Made by a program: the position numbers and the translations under genes. The notes beneath the pieces are model-generated. The model saw nothing but the letters and a program-made list of their open reading frames with translations. It did not search any database and was not told the origin of the DNA. Positions 9,436-18,170 of a DNA stretch of 61,295 nucleotides are shown here, piece by piece. The stretch is from Candidatus Omnitrophota bacterium (lineage in GTDB: Bacteria > Omnitrophota > Gorgyraeia > Zapsychrales > Fredricksoniimonadaceae): positions 1 through 61,295 of the forward strand of contig JAGWKL010000001.1 in the NCBI GenBank assembly GCA_028865345.1, in the 5' to 3' direction. Each line of letters starts with the position of its first letter. Positions within the stretch are counted from its first letter, which is position 1.

Positions 9436-10784
9436 TAGAAAGCAAGTGTTGTCTGGAAAAATGCAAAATCAGCCCCGTTATGCGGGCCTGTGTCTTTAAG
9501 ATACTCTCCCGGGAAAAGGTGACAATACCCCGCCTGGAAACTGAGATATTTATTTAATTTATAATCGCCTGTAAGGTCCAACTCATTGCCCACATGGCTG
9601 CTTACCCCCAAAAGTCCCGCGGGTGTGGTGCGCGTGACCGTACGGGCGGCGGAATACAAGGCGTCCTTGGTCGTATCCAAATAAACCATATGAAAATCCG
9701 TCTGCAATTTCAAATTCTTTGCCGGTTTGATGCTGACCTGATACCGGTAATCGTTGATGTTTTGCAGGCTGAAGAGGTCCATATATCCGTAAAACAGATG
9801 GTTGGTGGGATAAAGGTTATCAAAGGTCCCCAAGGTCTTACCGTTGGGCTTTCCGCCTGAGCCGTAGTCATACTCAAAGGCCAGCCTCGGCTGCCATTTT
9901 AAGTCCAAAGTATAACCCAATATTCCCACAAACATCGCTGCGCATACCCTCTTATGGTCAAAATCACCCCATTGTCCGGCGCTTTCCATCTCGTAGTCGA
10001 AATGATACGGCAATTTGTTCTTGAGACGCCCTCCGAAAGTATAATCATCGATCCGGCCGGAGCCGTTGGGACCGAAAGAAATATTCTTCCAGGTGACACG
10101 GTGGATCAGGTAATTTTCAATAAGCGTGCCATGGAAGGCATGGGCGGTGGCATAATAAGCATACATCCTGTCCTTGGCGGAGGCGTCGAAAAGGTCATTG
10201 GCCTCGTCGGATTGGGGGCTCCTGTAGCCGGTCTTGTCCCCGGCGAGGAGGTCCAATTGTAAATTCAAGGGTTGAATATGAAAGCCCACCTTACCGCCAT
10301 CGAAGGTTTGCGCCACGTTGGACCAGTTGAAGGCCCCGATCAGGCGTTCGGCCCCATAGGCAAACTCCTGCCGGCCGCCCTGAATGGTGATGGGGCCTTG
10401 TTCATACCGCCCATAAAGCTGGCGGATGTCCCATAAATTCTCTAACGTGCTCTTGGCCACCTCACTTTTGTCCTGTGTGCTCAAACCACTGACCCTGGCA
10501 TCCTGCCCCTGCGCAAAAAGGGTGACTTCTTTGATAGGGTTATAGGTCAGGCCCACCCTGGTGCGAAAAAGGTCATAGCTGCCCGCGTCATCTTTCGCTT
10601 TATTGAAAAGCATATTGTCCCTGTATTCCAGGCGGTAGCGGAATTCGACGTCTGCTTTTAAATAGTCAGGGAGATATTGGTTTAAATAATCCCCTGCCCA
10701 GGCTTGGGACCCGAAGAGCGCGCCCGACAAAAACATCCCCGTTATGACAAAACGAAACATTTTCAGTATGTTGGATTTCATCAC
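9435..10784 (-). CDS. outer-membrane beta-barrel porin (alginate-export-like family)
   Basis: Signal peptide ...GSQAWA. Alternating beta-strand pattern rich in Y/G/D/N. C-terminal aromatic residue (..TTLAF). Confidence 0.65.
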   Translation of the reverse strand: MMKSNILKMFRFVITGMFLSGALFGSQAWAGDYLNQYLPDYLKADVEFRYRLEYRDNMLFNKAKDDAGSYDLFRTRVGLTYNPIKEVTLFAQGQDARVSGLSTQDKSEVAKSTLENLWDIRQLYGRYEQGPITIQGGRQEFAYGAERLIGAFNWSNVAQTFDGGKVGFHIQPLNLQLDLLAGDKTGYRSPQSDEANDLFDASAKDRMYAYYATAHAFHGTLIENYLIHRVTWKNISFGPNGSGRIDDYTFGGRLKNKLPYHFDYEMESAGQWGDFDHKRVCAAMFVGILGYTLDLKWQPRLAFEYDYGSGGKPNGKTLGTFDNLYPTNHLFYGYMDLFSLQNINDYRYQVSIKPAKNLKLQTDFHMVYLDTTKDALYSAARTVTRTTPAGLLGVSSHVGNELDLTGDYKLNKYLSFQAGYCHLFPGEYLKDTGPHNGADFAFFQTTLAF

Positions 10785-10808
10785 ATTCTCCTTGGGCTTA
10801 ATTTTGAG

Positions 10809-12134
10809 TTAAACTGCCGCCGTTTGCAGCTTCTGGACCCGGGCGGCATGAAATGCCTTTTTACTATCCTGTTCGTGCTCTGCTGAAAAACGGATGAAAA
10901 GGCTCATACCGGCCGCCAGCATGACGAAACAACCCAGATAAAAAAAGGCCGACGCATAGGACTGTTGACGGAACAAAAATCCGAACAACATTCCGCCCAC
11001 ATTGCCGCCGGCGCCGACAATTCCGGCCACGGCCCCCAAGGCCTTTTTGTTGACAAAAGGGACGACGGAATAATTGGCGCCGTTGGCCATTTTGATGAAT
11101 AAGGCAAAAGTCACCATTACGGCTATCGCTTCGGGTAAGACTTTTATTTGTGAGAAGGCCGTGATCACCGTGCCTCCCATAAAAAGGACTATCCCTAAAA
11201 ACCTGACCCTGCTTCTTAAACCTCCCCGGTGCGCAAACCAATCTGAACAAATCCCCCCTAACGAACGCGCGAAAATATTCATAAATCCAAATAACCCCGC
11301 CACCAGTCCCGCACGGACCAGGTTCAAATGAAACTGATCGGTATAATAAAGGGCTGCGACATTATCGATGGTCAGTTCCGTCCCGAAACTGGCGGCATAC
11401 ATCACAGCCAGGGCCAGGACCCTGGGGTCCATTATGGCCGCACGGAAGGACCCTTTGGCCTCAGCGCGTTGCGGCACAAGGCCTTGTCTGCGCAACTCAT
11501 CGATGTTGCCCTCCGGAAAATCCTTGGTGAACCGGTAATAAGCGAGGCCCGTGATCAGCAAGGCTATCCCGGGAAACAACATGCTCAAACGCCAACCCAG
11601 GGCAGCATCGGCACCGCAGCTTAAAACAGCGGCCAAAACCAGAGGCATGACCATCTGGGTTATCCCTCCTCCCAGATTGCCCCAACCCGCGGATGTGGCG
11701 TTGGCCGTGCCGACACAGTTAGGCGCGAACATGACCGACGTATGGTATTGGGTAATGACAAACGATGCGCCTATGACCCCGATCCCCAAGCGGAACAACA
11801 GAAAAGAAGTATAGTCATGCGCGAGACCTATGGCCATGACCGGCAAAGAACCGAGAATTAAAAGGGCCGAATAGGTCCGGCGGGCCCCTATACGGTCGCA
11901 TAACCATCCCATCAATAACCGTCCCAGAATAGTGATGGAAACGGACGCAATGATGCAGTTGCCGATCTGCTCCTTGGTCAAGCCCAAATCATGACGGACA
12001 ACCGGCATTAACGGGGCGATGCCGAACCACGCAAAGAAGCTGAGGAAAAACGCGAACCAGGTCAGATGAAAGGTGCGCATCTGGACGCTTTTAAAATCCA
12101 ATAAATCAAGGCGTACCGCTTTGGCAGTTTTCAT
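10809..12134 (-). CDS. narK: MFS nitrate/nitrite transporter (NNP family)
   Basis: 12-TM MFS. FHLTWFAFFLSFFAWFGIAPLMP ... GWGNLGGG ... GAGGNVGG glycine-rich NNP signatures. An alternative start at 12080 would remove the overlap with nirD. Confidence 0.8.
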   Translation of the reverse strand: MKTAKAVRLDLLDFKSVQMRTFHLTWFAFFLSFFAWFGIAPLMPVVRHDLGLTKEQIGNCIIASVSITILGRLLMGWLCDRIGARRTYSALLILGSLPVMAIGLAHDYTSFLLFRLGIGVIGASFVITQYHTSVMFAPNCVGTANATSAGWGNLGGGITQMVMPLVLAAVLSCGADAALGWRLSMLFPGIALLITGLAYYRFTKDFPEGNIDELRRQGLVPQRAEAKGSFRAAIMDPRVLALAVMYAASFGTELTIDNVAALYYTDQFHLNLVRAGLVAGLFGFMNIFARSLGGICSDWFAHRGGLRSRVRFLGIVLFMGGTVITAFSQIKVLPEAIAVMVTFALFIKMANGANYSVVPFVNKKALGAVAGIVGAGGNVGGMLFGFLFRQQSYASAFFYLGCFVMLAAGMSLFIRFSAEHEQDSKKAFHAARVQKLQTAAV

Positions 12135-12468
12135 ACGCTCTCCTGTCTTTCAGGGTCAGTGCCAACCCAATGACGATATTTTCGTTTTCTTGCGACACTT
12201 CAAACGTCTTCACACATTCGCGGGCCTCGCTGCCCTGACCTGTGGTAAGGTCAAATTTATGCCCGTGTAACGGGCACACAACTTGCGTTGCACCGATGAT
12301 CCCTTCGGCTAAAGGCCCACCCCGATGCGGGCACCGGTTTTCGATGGCGAAAAGGCGACCGTCACGGCCGCGAAAAACCGCCACGTCAAGGGCGCCGATC
12401 TTAAAACAACGCCCTTGTCCCGGTGGAATTTGCTCTGTACTTCCTAAATCAAATCTCATATGTTCCAT
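12106..12468 (-). CDS. nirD: nitrite reductase small subunit (Rieske-like)
   Basis: CPHRGGPLAEG ... VVCPLHGHKFDLTTG. Confidence 0.85.
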   Translation of the reverse strand: MEHMRFDLGSTEQIPPGQGRCFKIGALDVAVFRGRDGRLFAIENRCPHRGGPLAEGIIGATQVVCPLHGHKFDLTTGQGSEARECVKTFEVSQENENIVIGLALTLKDRRAYENCQSGTP

Positions 12469-12542
12469 AGCTTTTTCCCTGTCCGTTATCTGGTTCTGCC
12501 GGACGGGTCCTGGTTCGCCTTGATGTTCACGTGCTCCTCTGG

Positions 12543-12640
12543 GCGAATGGCGACCCTATCAGCGGGCAGAAAGGCGGTTTCCCTTTACAGATGACTTGAG
12601 CAGTTGCCGTGCGCTCGTGAACATCAATCCTCGCCACCCG
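12543..12640. repeat. 98-nt intergenic repeat, copy 1 (copy 2 at 43405-43502)
   Basis: GCGAATGGCGACCCTATCAGCGGGCAGAAAGGCGGTTTCCCTTTACAGATGACTTGAGCAGTTGCCGTGCGCT...ACATCAATCC..GCCACCCG aligns base-for-base with 43405-43502, at roughly 85-90 percent identity by hand alignment. Confidence 0.8.
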
Positions 12641-12668
12641 CGCGTGATTTTCATAAAACTTTTAATCC

Positions 12669-15167
12669 TTACCCGTTGTTTTCCGCTTCTTTGAGGGCAT
12701 CCATGAGCTTCGGCCCCTCGAACTGCGCCGGATAAACGGGGATGTCGGCTTCTTTCCAAGGGTCCTTATAGGCATCCACGGCTGTTTGAATACGCTCATC
12801 CAACTTAAGCGCAATGCCCAAAGAATCATCGATCAGAATGCCCTTGAGCACATCGATCCCTATGCGTTCAACGAACGTATAGGTGCGTTCCATATATTTG
12901 GCGTGCTCACGGTAATATTCCATAAAGCGTCCCATATATTTCAACACCTCGTCGTGATCATTAACGGTGCATAAAAGGTCCCCTTTGCGCACGCTGCCGC
13001 CCGCCGCTCCGCCCACGTAAATTTCCCATCTGCCCCCTTCAATGGCGACGGCGCCGAGATCTTTGACGTAAGCTTCCGAACAATTACGCGGGCAGCCGGC
13101 GGTGGCCAGCTTCATCTTGTGGGGAGATTCTATCCCTTGAAAGCGGCGCTCGATCTTCTGGGCCAGGGCGATGGAATCCCCCACCCCAAAGCGGCAGAAA
13201 TCCGTGCCGACGCAGCTTTTACAGGTACGAAAAGCTTTTGTATACGCATGGCCGCTGGGCATTCCCAAATCTTTCCAGACAGCAGGCAGGTCTTCTTTTT
13301 TGATCCCGAGCAGATCGATGCGCTGACCCCCGGTGATTTTGACCATCTTGGCCTTGTATTTCACCGCTGTTTGGGCGATACGCATCAGTTCATCCGCGGA
13401 AGTCACCCCGCCGTATATCCGCGGCACCACGGAAAATGTTCCGTCTTTTTGAATATTGGCATGCACGCGGTCATTGATAAAACGGGCGTCCCTCTGGTCT
13501 TCATAATCTTTGGGCCAAATGGTTTTCAATAATGACGCCAACCCGGCCTTGCTGTCCGCGTCTTCCTTGCCTGCGGCCAATGCCTGAAAAACAGCGCTGA
13601 CGGATTTTAAATGTTGGGCCTTGATCTGGGCGATCAATTGGGATTTTTCCAAAGGTATGCCCGGCACATAATAATGTTCGCTGGGGTCATAGGAGACTAC
13701 CCCAAGCTTCGCCTCGATGATCTGGGCGATCATGCTGCGGCAGGAACCGCAGCCTTTGCCTGCCTTGGTCCTTGCTCCGATGGACGCCACTGTTTCGCAC
13801 CCGCTGCTGATGGCCTCACAGATGGTCTTTTTGCTGACACCGTTGCAATTACAAATTTGGGCGCCGTCCGGCAGGTCAGCGGCCCGGATGAACGCTGTCC
13901 CCTTGACATCACCGAACAGAAGGTCAGAACGGCTTTCAGGGACATTTTGCTCGTTGAGAAACATCTGCATGAGCACGTCGCCGGCCGTGGTGTCGCCCAA
14001 CAAAATGACGCCATGAAGCTTATTGTCACGGACGATGATCTTTTTATAAATGCCGCGGTTGGGCTCACGGTACACGACCACTTCATCGCCGGGGCCGGCG
14101 GCTTCTTTCTGCCCCAATGACATCAATTCCACACCCATCACTTTTAACTTGGTCCCTATTTTGGAACCCTGGTAAGCCGCCTGGGGATTAAACCCGCTGA
14201 TGACGTCCGCCAAAACCCGAGCCTGGTCCCAAATGGGATCAACCAGCCCGTACAATTTCCCGCGGTGCTCCACGCATTCGCCAAGCGCGTAGATAAAAGG
14301 ATCGCTGGTGCGCATCTGGTCATTGCAGACGATCCCTTTGTTGACCGTCAAGCCTGAATTTGAGGCCACCTCCGTAATGGGACGGATTCCCGCGCTGACC
14401 ACCAACAAATCAGCAGGGGTGGTGGCCCCATTAGAGAATATTAAAGAATGCATTCTCCCATCAACCCTGTGGATCTGCGCCGTCTTATGGTCCAGCAAGA
14501 CAGTCAAACCCATAGCTTCCATGGTGCGCTTTAACATTTGAGCGGATTCCGCATCAAGCTGCGCCGGCATAAGCTGTGGAGCCGCTTCTACCACCGTCAC
14601 CTCCAAATTATGCGTCATAAGTCCGCGGGCCGCTTCCAGACCCAACAGGCCTCCGCCGATGACCACCGCCTTCTTGCATTGTTTGGCATATTCGGCAATA
14701 CGGCCGCAATCGTCAATGGTCCGGAATAAAAAAGTCCCCTCGCCGCCGAAACCATCCATCGGCGGGACAAAGGGACGGGAACCCGTGGCGATGATCACAT
14801 AATCATAGGCCTCTTCCACGGACTTTCCCGGCAGGAACTGGTCATCATGGACGGCATAGGCCGCGGCCTGGGGATGAAGCTCGCGTCCGATGACCACCTT
14901 GCGCCCGGTGTCGATTTGAACGGCTTTGATCCCTGCGTGCAGGATGATCCCGTTTTCCTTGTACCAACTTAAGGGATTTATAAAAATGTCGTCGGCCTCT
15001 TGGGTTTGATTAAGGACATTGCTTAAGAGGATGCGGTTGTAGTTGCCGTAGGGTTCGGCCCCGAACATGACAAAATCAAATTTATCCGGGGCCCTGCCTA
15101 AAATCTCTTCCACGACCCGGGCGCCGGCCATGCCATTGCCGATCACCACGATCTTCTTCTTATCCAT
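12669..15167 (-). CDS. nirB: NAD(P)H-dependent nitrite reductase large subunit
   Basis: IVVIGNGMAGARV Rossmann motif, BFD-like 2Fe-2S (CNCNGVSKK ... CGSC), siroheme/4Fe-4S motifs (CKSCVGTDFC ... AGCPRNC). Start at MDKKKIVVIG (ATG 15167) behind GGGAAAGGGGG. The ORF-track start at 15305 runs through the leader. Confidence 0.9.
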   Translation of the reverse strand: MDKKKIVVIGNGMAGARVVEEILGRAPDKFDFVMFGAEPYGNYNRILLSNVLNQTQEADDIFINPLSWYKENGIILHAGIKAVQIDTGRKVVIGRELHPQAAAYAVHDDQFLPGKSVEEAYDYVIIATGSRPFVPPMDGFGGEGTFLFRTIDDCGRIAEYAKQCKKAVVIGGGLLGLEAARGLMTHNLEVTVVEAAPQLMPAQLDAESAQMLKRTMEAMGLTVLLDHKTAQIHRVDGRMHSLIFSNGATTPADLLVVSAGIRPITEVASNSGLTVNKGIVCNDQMRTSDPFIYALGECVEHRGKLYGLVDPIWDQARVLADVISGFNPQAAYQGSKIGTKLKVMGVELMSLGQKEAAGPGDEVVVYREPNRGIYKKIIVRDNKLHGVILLGDTTAGDVLMQMFLNEQNVPESRSDLLFGDVKGTAFIRAADLPDGAQICNCNGVSKKTICEAISSGCETVASIGARTKAGKGCGSCRSMIAQIIEAKLGVVSYDPSEHYYVPGIPLEKSQLIAQIKAQHLKSVSAVFQALAAGKEDADSKAGLASLLKTIWPKDYEDQRDARFINDRVHANIQKDGTFSVVPRIYGGVTSADELMRIAQTAVKYKAKMVKITGGQRIDLLGIKKEDLPAVWKDLGMPSGHAYTKAFRTCKSCVGTDFCRFGVGDSIALAQKIERRFQGIESPHKMKLATAGCPRNCSEAYVKDLGAVAIEGGRWEIYVGGAAGGSVRKGDLLCTVNDHDEVLKYMGRFMEYYREHAKYMERTYTFVERIGIDVLKGILIDDSLGIALKLDERIQTAVDAYKDPWKEADIPVYPAQFEGPKLMDALKEAENNG

Positions 15168-15187
15168 GAGCCCCCTTTCCCGGCAAT

Positions 15188-15232
15188 AAAAAAAGCCCAA
15201 CCTCGCCCCATGCAATGGGAAAAAGTTGGGCT
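15188..15232 (-). terminator. intrinsic terminator (attenuator) inside the nirB 5' leader
   Basis: The minus strand reads AGCCCAAC-TTTTT-CCCAT-TGC-ATGGG-GCGAG-GTTGGGCT followed by TTTTTTT, about 20 nt upstream of the nirB ATG. Confidence 0.65.
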
Positions 15233-15324
15233 TCAATGCCCTAAAATATAAAACCCAAGTCTCCTTGAACTTTACGGATACTTGGGCATCAATGCCGCCT
15301 GGCAATTTAAGACATCAATGTCTT
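15228..15324 (-). promoter_or_regulatory. three short stem-loops with shared CATTGAWG core (ANTAR-substrate-like) in the nirB leader
   Basis: Minus strand: AAGAC-ATTGAT-GTCTT (15309-15324), GGC-ATTGAT-GCC (15285-15296), GGGC-ATTGAA-GCCC (15228-15241). The 3' arm of the last one overlaps the terminator's 5' arm. Confidence 0.5.
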
Positions 15325-15336
15325 ATTTGCGAGTCT

Positions 15337-15364
15337 AGCATATCATCCTAACGTCAAAATTCAA
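15337..15364 (-). promoter_or_regulatory. candidate sigma-70 promoter of the nirB operon
   Basis: Minus strand TTGAAT, 16-nt spacer, TATGCT, just upstream of the first leader hairpin. Confidence 0.35.
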
Positions 15365-15378
15365 CGTCCTGAAATTAC

Positions 15379-16209
15379 TCATGCAATACTCATGGCCGGT
15401 AGGTAATCCTGTAAATAAGACACCAAATTAACGCCTTTACGCGCGATCTTTAATTTTTTACGGATGCTGTTTCGGTGATTTTCCACCGTGCGATGGGAAG
15501 TATTCAATAGATGGCTGATATCTTTGGTGCTTAGTCCTTTTCTGATCATGTTGCAAATCTCGATCTCGCGCGGGGACAGTCTCCATTGCCGGTCTGAAAT
15601 GGCCCCCGCAAACGGCGATGTGATGTCCCTGAGAGTGTCTTCCAACAATTGGACATTCTGCCGGTCATAGGGTGTGCCCCTGCGTTTGAGTTTTGTCAAA
15701 AGCGGAAGGACCAATTCTTCCACATTGGCCATCATGTCTTTCTTGACCTGCTTTTTTTCCAGTTCAAACCTCGCTAAAATTTCCCCTAAGGCGATGTTCT
15801 TGACATTCAAGGCCTCCTCTTCAAGCTGCTTGCGCCGGGTGATGTCCAGGACGCTGCCCCTGGTATTGATGATCCTGCCCGAATCATCCTTGCGCGCGGA
15901 GGCATTGAGGACGACATCGATATGCCGGCCGCTTTTATGTACCACGGTATATTCAAAATTGACCGCCCGCCCTTCTTCCAATAAACCGGCCCAATGCTGC
16001 TCAAAGAAAGGTTTTTGTTCAGGAACGATCAGGTCGCTCCAGGTCTTCTTTCCGATAATTTCTTCGCGGCCATAGCCTATCATTGATAACTCCGTCTGGT
16101 TGACGGCTATAAATTTGCGGTCCGGCCCGAATATATGAAAGCCGACGGGCGCATATTCAAAGAAATCGCTCAAATAGTCGTTATCGTTCATGGCCCTCTT
16201 GCCGCTCAT
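15379..16209 (-). CDS. PAS-domain transcriptional regulator with LuxR/GerE-type HTH
   Basis: N-terminal PAS (FFEYAPVGFHIFGPDRKFIAVNQTELSMIGYGREEIIGK...), coiled linker, C-terminal LSPREIEICNMIRKGLSTKDISHLLNTSHRTVENHRNSIRKKL. Confidence 0.8.
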   Translation of the reverse strand: MSGKRAMNDNDYLSDFFEYAPVGFHIFGPDRKFIAVNQTELSMIGYGREEIIGKKTWSDLIVPEQKPFFEQHWAGLLEEGRAVNFEYTVVHKSGRHIDVVLNASARKDDSGRIINTRGSVLDITRRKQLEEEALNVKNIALGEILARFELEKKQVKKDMMANVEELVLPLLTKLKRRGTPYDRQNVQLLEDTLRDITSPFAGAISDRQWRLSPREIEICNMIRKGLSTKDISHLLNTSHRTVENHRNSIRKKLKIARKGVNLVSYLQDYLPAMSIA

Positions 16210-16371
16210 GTGGATAAAAATAAAAAATCCCCTTTAAAAAGCACCATCGCTCATTAAAGAGGACGTCAACGCCCAAAATAAAAAATCCTCCCCCAAAACA
16301 TCATTGTTTTAAGAAGAGGACATCCTTGCCCTTGACCGACTCTGTTTAAAGAGTACAACTTAAAAAGGACT

Positions 16372-17076
16372 TTGTCAAGCGGCAGTTGTCGGTTAAAATA
16401 CCCCATGCTTCCGGCCTTTTTACAGGGGGCTTTTGAACTTTTCTTCCCTGATAATTGCCTGCTGTGCCGCGAGTTCCTTAACAGCCGCCACCGGCGGCAG
16501 TTGTGCGCCGCCTGCCTGGAAAGCCTGGAATTCAATCCGAGGCCTTTGCGCCCGTTGCCCTCGGGCCTCACATTGACCCAGGCATGGTCGGCCTGCCTCT
16601 ACAACGAACCGGCCCAAAAGCTGTTGCATGCCTTCAAATATAGTTCCAAAACTTCCTTGAGCAAAACCTTTGTGGCCCTGATGATTGATTTTATCGACCG
16701 CCACCACATCCCTGTGCGCGAATTCGACCTGATCGTCCCCATTCCCCTGCATCCGGCCCGCTTAAGGGAAAGGGGATACAACCAATCCGCCCTCCTAAGC
16801 AAGGGACTAAGCCGGCACTACGGTATCCCCCACACCGAAAACCTGTTGACGCGCCGCAAGATGACCCGAAGCCAGACGGAATTAGGCGCAAAACAACGCT
16901 GGACAAACATGGAAGGCGCTTTTAAAATGAAAAATTCGACGGACGCAAAGGCCAAAAGCGTAGTCCTGGTTGACGATCTGTATACCACAGGGGCCACTCT
17001 TAACGCCGCGGCCCAAACTTTAATGACAGCCGGCGCCGCCAGGGTCGGGGCCCTGACGTTCAGTATCACGGTTTAA
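16372..17076 (+). CDS. comF: ComF-family phosphoribosyltransferase-like protein
   Basis: Zinc-finger Cys pairs (CLLCREF ... CAACLESL) and PRTase loop VVLVDDLYTTGATL. The start could be M12 at 16405. Confidence 0.8.
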   Translation: MSSGSCRLKYPMLPAFLQGAFELFFPDNCLLCREFLNSRHRRQLCAACLESLEFNPRPLRPLPSGLTLTQAWSACLYNEPAQKLLHAFKYSSKTSLSKTFVALMIDFIDRHHIPVREFDLIVPIPLHPARLRERGYNQSALLSKGLSRHYGIPHTENLLTRRKMTRSQTELGAKQRWTNMEGAFKMKNSTDAKAKSVVLVDDLYTTGATLNAAAQTLMTAGAARVGALTFSITV

Positions 17077-17079
17077 ATT

Positions 17080-18165
17080 ATGCGTATCCTGCGCAACTAC
17101 ATTTTGAAAGAATGCCTCCAGCCTTTTACGCTGTCGATCTCGGTATTGACGAGCGTCTTTCTCCTGGGGTATTTGCCGCAACTGGCCAATAAGGTCATCA
17201 ACAACGGGGTGTCCGTGGGGGCCATGGGCCATATCTTTCTCTATTACATCCCCATTCTTTTGGGCTATACCCTGCCCATCGCGTGCCTGATCACGGTGAT
17301 CCTGGCCTTCGGGCATATGTCGTCCGAAAATGAGATCCTGGCCATACGTGCCTCCGGCATCCACCTGCTGCGCCTGCTTGTGCCGTTGATCGTCGTGGGT
17401 ATCATCCTGTGCCTGGCGGATTATATTCTCAACGACCGCGTCATTCCCAACGCGTATGTGGCCCAAAAGGTCATCCTGCAGGAAACCGGAAGCCAGGACC
17501 CCACCGCCATGCTGGAACCAGGAAGTTTTATCAACGCTTTTGACAAATACATCGTTTTCATATACCGCATGGAAGGCGATATATTATACGGGATCAGGAT
17601 CTACGAACCCGTGCCCGGCAAACCAACCCGAACCATCATCGCCCAGCAGGGCGAGTTCGTCCATGTGCCGGGAAAGGACCAGTTGATGCTCAAGCTCATC
17701 AACGGCACCTCCGATGAACCTGACCTGCAGAATCCCAATAATTTTTATAAACTTAATTTCCAGACCTCCTTTATCACCCTGGACCTTTCCAAGAAAAAAC
17801 AGGGCCAAAAGAAATCGAAGGAGCTGACATTGAAAGAATTGCGCCATAAGATCGAGGCCTTGCGCAAAATGTCCATTGACCCGGCGCCGTTGATCACGGA
17901 ATACCAACGCCGGCTGGCATGGTCGCTGTCGCCTTTGCTGTTCATTCTTTTGGGTTTCCCTTTTGCGGCCGTGACCAACCGCCGGGCCAAATCCGCCAAT
18001 CTCTTATACGCCCTGCTGTTGGCGGCCCCTTATTACATTTTGTCCCTGGCCTGCCAGGGTATGGCCACTCAGGACACTTTTAACCCCGCCTTCTTGATGT
18101 GGGTGCCGGACATTGTCGCCTTTGCGGCGGCTGTTTTCTTAAATTGGAAGCTGTGCTTGCATTAA
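17080..18165 (+). CDS. lptF: LPS export ABC permease LptF (YjgP/YjgQ family)
   Basis: MRILRNYILKE start, 3+3 TM segments around a periplasmic beta-jellyroll region, paired with a second paralog. Confidence 0.8.
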   Translation: MRILRNYILKECLQPFTLSISVLTSVFLLGYLPQLANKVINNGVSVGAMGHIFLYYIPILLGYTLPIACLITVILAFGHMSSENEILAIRASGIHLLRLLVPLIVVGIILCLADYILNDRVIPNAYVAQKVILQETGSQDPTAMLEPGSFINAFDKYIVFIYRMEGDILYGIRIYEPVPGKPTRTIIAQQGEFVHVPGKDQLMLKLINGTSDEPDLQNPNNFYKLNFQTSFITLDLSKKKQGQKKSKELTLKELRHKIEALRKMSIDPAPLITEYQRRLAWSLSPLLFILLGFPFAAVTNRRAKSANLLYALLLAAPYYILSLACQGMATQDTFNPAFLMWVPDIVAFAAAVFLNWKLCLH

Positions 18166-18170
18166 AGACC

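Noticed and set aside
15168-15305. N-terminal 46-codon extension of the nirB ORF (ORF-track start at 15305). Similar upstream extensions occur for mlaF (to 35866), radA (to 34262), rpoA (to 53323), lptG (from 18099) and DUF192 (to 3713).
   Set aside because: The extensions read through leader hairpins, terminators or the preceding gene, and lack family-typical sequence. Internal ATGs with the canonical N-terminal motifs (and purine-rich RBS where checked) give standard-length proteins.
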